A stretch of 11,481 nucleotides of DNA from Candidatus Eiseniibacteriota bacterium (lineage in GTDB: Bacteria; Eisenbacteria; RBG-16-71-46), in assembly GCA_031364845.1 (NCBI GenBank), contig JANLWX010000138.1, positions 1-11,481 of the forward strand, given 5' to 3'. The notes beneath the pieces are model-generated. The model had not been told where the DNA came from, did not search any database, and saw only the letters and a list, made by a program, of their open reading frames with translations. A program made the position numbers and the translations under genes. This document shows, piece by piece, positions 7,150-11,481 of the stretch (its first letter is position 1; every line of letters begins with the position of its first letter).

Positions 7150-7302
7150 GAACTTCCCCATTGGGGACCTCGCGACGGGACTACAATGGTGTCCGTCGTT
7201 ACGGGGCACGAGTCCAAGACGCGCGCGAACCGCCTTCGACTGTTCGGCGAGTGCCCCGCCGAGATCGTTGGGTGGCCCGTCCAATTTCGAATTGGAGTAA
7301 AC

Positions 7303-7692
7303 ATGAGAAGCAACTTCCTGTACGCATGCTCCGGTCTGCTCGCCTTGACCCTCGCGGTTCACGCCGGCGCACGAATGGCAGCCGCACAGGATCCCGATCC
7401 CATTGTCGGAATTTCGACAGCCCCCTGCGGGGGTCTCGTTGCGGTCAGCCAGTCTGGGATTGTCTACGCGAAGTGCCTCAATGTGTGGGAACAGAAGGCC
7501 AACGTGCCCGGTCCGGTCAGTTGCATCTTTGGAGAACCCGGCCAATACATCATCATCGTCCTGCAGAATGGCGACGTCTACGAAACGCCCGGCGCCAACA
7601 GCTGGGAATTCTATGCAAACGGCAACGTCCGCGGCGGTCCTACGCCTGCGAACAGGAAAAGCCTGGGGCAGGTGAAGACGAAGTGGCGCTGA
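7303..7692 (+). CDS. Small secreted beta-rich protein (129 aa) with C-terminal tag PTPANRKSLGQVKTKWR
   Basis: GGAG RBS at 7294-7297 before the ATG at 7303. Signal peptide MRSNFLYACSGLLALTLAVHAG…AAA. Two similar beta-hairpin units (LVAVSQSGIVY…W and IIIVLQNGDVY…W). Basic C-terminal motif. Confidence 0.8.
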   Translation: MRSNFLYACSGLLALTLAVHAGARMAAAQDPDPIVGISTAPCGGLVAVSQSGIVYAKCLNVWEQKANVPGPVSCIFGEPGQYIIIVLQNGDVYETPGANSWEFYANGNVRGGPTPANRKSLGQVKTKWR

Positions 7693-7734
7693 CGGCAACA
7701 GTTGCTCCAGCGCCCGAGAATTCGGGAGGGGTGC

Positions 7735-10497
7735 ATGGTTCTCTCAAGTGTCATTAGGAGACGGAAGCCGCCTCTCGGTTGCCGGCGCGTTGTAAGGCTC
7801 TCGTGGGCGCTACTGTTCGTCCTCGCTAAAACGCACACCGCGCTTGCCCAGACGGTTGACCCGGCGCTATGGGTCACCGATGGGGCGGTCAACTCCGTGG
7901 TCCACTACGCGGGGACGATCTACATCGGCGGCTCGTTCAACCACGTGCAACCGATAACAGGCAGCGCCGTGGCACTAGACGCGAGCACCGGGGCGGCGCG
8001 GCAGCCTTACCCTGAAGTGATAGGCCCCGCGAATTCCGTCGCGGTCGTGACAGCCTCCGTGTCTGCCGTCGTACCGGATGGGAGCGGAGGCTGGTACATC
8101 GGCGGAAGCTTCACTTCCGTCCGTGGTCAAGCGCGTCGCGGACTCGCACAACTGGATGCCGATGGAAACGTCACTTCATGGAATCCGGACGTGAACGGTA
8201 CCGTAAGCGCCCTGGCGTTGAGCGGGGGCACGATCTTCGCGGGAGGCAGCTTCACGAGCATCGGAGGCCAGGCGCGCAACAACATCGCCGCGCTGGAGGC
8301 CGCCACCGGAGCGGCGACGAGCTGGAACCCCAACGCGAGCGGCCCTGATCCATACGGCGCCAGCGTCTACGCCTTGGCGGTTAGCGGGGCCACGGTCTAC
8401 GTCGGCGGTGACTTCAAGTACATCGGAGGCCAGCCACGGAACTCTATTGCCGCGCTCGACGCCGCCACCGGAGCCGCCACGAGCTGGAACCCCGACCTCA
8501 GACCCTCGAACGGCGGCGTTCTCGCCCTGATGGTAAACGGGAGCACGGTCTACGCTGGGGGCGGCTTCGATAGCATCGGACGCCAGCCGCGCAACAACAT
8601 CGCCGCGCTGGATGCCGCCACCGGCGTCGCCACGGCCTGGAACCCGAACGCCACCCGGTTAGTCTACACACTGGCGATGAGCGGGGGCACGGTCTACGCC
8701 GGTGGGCTCATGGATAGCATAGGTGGGCAGGCGCGCACCGGAGTCGCCGCGCTCGATGCAGCCACTGGCGTCGCCACGAGCTGGAACCCGAACGCGAGCG
8801 GTAATTATCAATACGTCATTACCCTGGCGGTAAGCGGGAGCACAATTTACGTCGGAGGCGGCTTTACCGGCATAGGCGGCCAGCCGCGCAAGCAAATCGC
8901 CGCGCTCGATGCGACGACCGGCGCGGCCACAGGCTGGGACCCAAACGCGACCCTCGGCCCCTATCTTAGCGCTCCTACCGTCCTCGCCCTGGCGGTGAGC
9001 GGGGGCACCGTCTACGCAGGTGGCACTTTCTTGAGCATTGGCGGCCGAACGCGCAACAACATCGCCGCACTCGATGTCGCGAGCGGCGCCGCCACAAGCT
9101 GGGACCCGGACGCGAACGGCGACATCCTTGCCCTGAGCGTGGTGGGGGGCACGGTTTACGCTGGCGGAGACTTCACCAGCATCGGCGGCCAGCCACGCAA
9201 CCACATCGCCGCGCTCGACGCCGCAAACGGCACGGCCACGAGCTGGAATCCGGATGCGAATGGCGGCGTCGTCGTCCTGGCGGTGAGCGGGAGCACCGTC
9301 TACGCCGGCGGCAGCTTCACGGACATAGGTGGCCACCCGCGCAGTCGAATCGCCGCGCTCGATGCCGCCACCGGCGCCCCAACCGATTGGAACCCGGATG
9401 CGAACGGCATCGTTCGCGCCCTGGCGGTGGGTGAAGGCACGGTCTACGTCGGCGGCGGATTCAATAGCATCGGCAGGCAGCCGCGCAGCTTCATCGCCGG
9501 GCTCGATGCCGCCACCGGCGCCGCAACGAGCTGGGATCCGAACGCGAACAACGTTGTCCTCGCACTGGCGGTGAGCGGGGGCACGGCTTACGCGGGCGGC
9601 CACTTCACCAGCATCGGCGGCCAGAACCGCAATAGCATCGCCGCGGTCGATGCGGCCACCGGTGTCGCCACAAATTGGAATCCCAACGCGGATGGTGCCG
9701 TCCGCACCATAGTGGCGAGCGGGAACACGGTCTACGCGAGCGGGGCCTTCGGCCACATCGGCGGGCAGAGGCGATTCAGTATCGCCGCGCTCGATGCCGC
9801 AACCGGTACCGCCACAATCTGGGATGCGAAACCCAACAACTACGTCAACACCTTGGCTGTGAGCGGGAGCACGGTCTATGCCGGCGGCAATTTCCGCAGC
9901 ATTGGCGGGCTGCCCCACTCTGGCATCGCCGCAATGACCGATGACACCACGCCCACGCTGCTCTCGCTGGTAAGCGCCCAGGCTGAGCCGGGCCGCGTGC
10001 GGCTCACGTGGTTCGCCGAGGATAAACACGGCCTGACCGCGACCGTGTACCGGCACACCGTGAAGGAGGTATGGGGCGTTGTCGGCGAAATCTCGACCGA
10101 TGGGACCGGGCGGCTGGTATTCGAGGACACGCGTGTGATCCCAGGCGAGCGCTATGGCTACCGGCTGGGCATCTTGGTGCACGGATCCGAGGAGTTCCTA
10201 GGGGAGACGTGGGTGGACGTGCCGCGCGCGCCGGAGTTCGCGCTGGCCGGTTTGCGTCCCAACCCGACGTCGAGCGCCCTCGTGGTGGCACTCTCGCTGC
10301 CGGACGCCGCTCCGGCGCGGCTCGAGCTGCTGGACCTTGCGGGGCGCCGGATGCTCGTTCGAGACGTGGGAGCGCTGGGGGGCGGGAGCCACGTCGTGGC
10401 ATTGGCCGAGCCGAGAAGGATCGCGCCTGGCCTCTACCTGCTCCGCCTCGTGCGTGACGGTCGGGCGCTCATGGTGAGGGCGATCGTCGTTCGTTAG
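7735..10497 (+). CDS. Secreted repeat beta-propeller protein (14 blade-like repeats) with C-terminal Ig-like and FlgD-Ig/T9SS-CTD-like domains (~920 aa)
   Basis: GGAGG RBS 5 nt before the ATG at 7735. Signal peptide ends TALA/Q. Repeats of about 49-56 aa with consensus ALAVSGxTVYAGGxFxSIGGQxRNxIAALDAATGxATxWNPxANxxV. Tail TPTLLSLVSA…YGYRL…FALAGLRPNP…DLAGRR…PGLYLLRL…RAIVVR. Confidence 0.92.
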   Translation: MVLSSVIRRRKPPLGCRRVVRLSWALLFVLAKTHTALAQTVDPALWVTDGAVNSVVHYAGTIYIGGSFNHVQPITGSAVALDASTGAARQPYPEVIGPANSVAVVTASVSAVVPDGSGGWYIGGSFTSVRGQARRGLAQLDADGNVTSWNPDVNGTVSALALSGGTIFAGGSFTSIGGQARNNIAALEAATGAATSWNPNASGPDPYGASVYALAVSGATVYVGGDFKYIGGQPRNSIAALDAATGAATSWNPDLRPSNGGVLALMVNGSTVYAGGGFDSIGRQPRNNIAALDAATGVATAWNPNATRLVYTLAMSGGTVYAGGLMDSIGGQARTGVAALDAATGVATSWNPNASGNYQYVITLAVSGSTIYVGGGFTGIGGQPRKQIAALDATTGAATGWDPNATLGPYLSAPTVLALAVSGGTVYAGGTFLSIGGRTRNNIAALDVASGAATSWDPDANGDILALSVVGGTVYAGGDFTSIGGQPRNHIAALDAANGTATSWNPDANGGVVVLAVSGSTVYAGGSFTDIGGHPRSRIAALDAATGAPTDWNPDANGIVRALAVGEGTVYVGGGFNSIGRQPRSFIAGLDAATGAATSWDPNANNVVLALAVSGGTAYAGGHFTSIGGQNRNSIAAVDAATGVATNWNPNADGAVRTIVASGNTVYASGAFGHIGGQRRFSIAALDAATGTATIWDAKPNNYVNTLAVSGSTVYAGGNFRSIGGLPHSGIAAMTDDTTPTLLSLVSAQAEPGRVRLTWFAEDKHGLTATVYRHTVKEVWGVVGEISTDGTGRLVFEDTRVIPGERYGYRLGILVHGSEEFLGETWVDVPRAPEFALAGLRPNPTSSALVVALSLPDAAPARLELLDLAGRRMLVRDVGALGGGSHVVALAEPRRIAPGLYLLRLVRDGRALMVRAIVVR
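7880..9935 (+). repeat. Intragenic coding tandem repeats (about 147-170 bp units; boundaries approximate)
   Basis: Recurring DNA cores such as atcgccgcgctcgatgccgccaccgg and gagctggaaccc stay in frame with the propeller blades. Confidence 0.85.
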
Positions 10498-10543
10498 ATC
10501 CTGCCGGACCACCCGCGTCAACACGGGCGTGAGCGAACGCTTA

Positions 10544-11152
10544 TCACTCAGCCCGCGATGCGGCCCGTGCAATGCGGGCGATCTCCTTGGCGATGTCCTC
10601 GGGAGCAAGAACAAAATCGATGCACCCGCTTTCGATTGCGCTAACAGGCATATCGGGCGCCTTGGCTGTGTCTGGACTCTGCGCAATCGTAATGCCACCC
10701 ACATCTCTTATGCCGCAAAGTGCGGCTGCGCCGTCACCGTCATATCCCGAAACGATGATTGCGATCAGTTTGCCGTCCCAATGCTTGGTGAGGGATTGCA
10801 GAAAGACCGTGATCACGTCAGGCCATCCCCGCGGCTTGGATATCGGCTTCAGGCGGAACTCACCATCAAGGATATGCAGATCGCGCTGCTCCGGGATGAT
10901 GAACACGTGGTTGGGCTGGATATCCAGACGTTCTGTGATCAGTTCAACGGGCATCGTGGTGAAACGTGGAAGAATCACGTGGAGCTGGGTGGATACGGTT
11001 CTCAGGTGATTGACGATGACGATGGCAACCCCCAAATCAGCCGGGAGATGTCGAAGTAACCGCGTGTAGGCGTCGAGCCCACCGGCCGAACCGCCGACAC
11101 AGACGACGGGAAAGTCTTTTGAAGAGTCTTTGGCAATACCCTTGGCACTCAT
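10544..11152 (-). CDS. cheB: Stand-alone CheB-type protein-glutamate methylesterase domain protein (~202 aa, no receiver domain)
   Basis: VVCVGGSAGG (catalytic Ser), IVIVNH (His), VSGYDGDGAAAL (Asp), GGITIAQSPDTA…DMPVSAI…IDFVLAPEDIA. Tandem stops TGA TAA. Start is ATG 11152 or TTG 11158. Confidence 0.9.
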   Translation of the reverse strand: MSAKGIAKDSSKDFPVVCVGGSAGGLDAYTRLLRHLPADLGVAIVIVNHLRTVSTQLHVILPRFTTMPVELITERLDIQPNHVFIIPEQRDLHILDGEFRLKPISKPRGWPDVITVFLQSLTKHWDGKLIAIIVSGYDGDGAAALCGIRDVGGITIAQSPDTAKAPDMPVSAIESGCIDFVLAPEDIAKEIARIARAASRAE

Positions 11153-11329
11153 TCGCAATCATCCGCCCCCGAGAGTTCATTCAGATGGAACGCCGGAAAA
11201 ATCGCCGAACATGGGCACCGCGACCTTTTCCGTCGAGCATCTCCGGATCCGTTCCCGCACTCTATACCTTCCAGTCCAGCGCGTGCAGAGGTCTGATGCC
11301 CGCTTGATGACCGGATGAATGTCCTCTGA

Positions 11330-11481
11330 CCAACCGTTCGCTCGGCCGCGTCGTTCGGGCTCACCGCGCTGGCGGTCGTCGACATAGCGCTCGAGCGCTG
11401 ACCCCTGATTGCGCGCCTGGATGATCGCCTTGCCGAGTGCTGACCTCGGCAGCGCCTTTGTCTCCGCGAGACCGAGCCACG
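11330..11481 (-). pseudogene. Degenerate, frameshifted IS66-family transposase (TnpC) fragment running off the window edge
   Basis: Minus strand gives WLGLAETKALPRSALGKAIIQARNQGSALERYVDD and then, in another frame, VSPNDAAERTV. This matches the IS66 TnpC segment WL…LPKSxLGKAIxYxLNQWxxLxRYxxDGxLxIDNNxAERxIR. Similarity is lost after ~11330. Confidence 0.75.

Noticed and set aside
7108..7698. 196-aa minus-strand ORF as an intact gene
   Set aside because: Mostly antisense to the better-supported 7303..7692 gene. Only its last ~16 codons are informative, as an integrase-tail relic.
7880..9935. CRISPR array or DGR template/variable repeats
   Set aside because: The repeats are in-frame coding units with synonymous variation and no unique spacers. 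There are no cas or reverse transcriptase genes, and I saw no adenine-specific mismatch pattern.
8659..10182. 507-aa repetitive minus-strand ORF
   Set aside because: Antisense shadow of the propeller repeats.
11194..11232. GGAAAA…TTTTCC inverted repeat upstream of cheB as a REP element or IS end
   Set aside because: Short, single copy, and no match to an IS66 terminal repeat that I can support.

Overview
GC-rich bacterial window. The C-terminal protein modules suggest Candidatus Eisenbacteria or a related FCB-adjacent lineage (inference). An intact tRNA-Ser(CGA) gene lies on the minus strand at 152-241, with a terminator downstream. Directly upstream are the last 51 codons of a tyrosine integrase. 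About 6.85 kb away, at 7045-7088, is a degenerate direct-repeat copy of the tRNA's 5' half rather than the usual 3' half. Both copies have the same flanking motifs at identical spacing (paired TGTGAC boxes, promoter-like sequence, an integrase-tail-like peptide). This points to at least two related elements integrated in tandem on the 5' side of the tRNA, each apparently supplying a replacement 5' half and promoter. The cargo is almost entirely predicted secreted or envelope proteins: three paralogous parallel beta-helix proteins, a 14-repeat beta-propeller protein sharing their two-domain C-terminal module, a small protein with an (S/T)WGxxKxxYR-like C-terminal tag, and a likely small outer-membrane beta-barrel. 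The window ends with a stand-alone CheB methylesterase and a frameshifted IS66 transposase remnant. All calls come from reading the sequence by eye; no searches were run.
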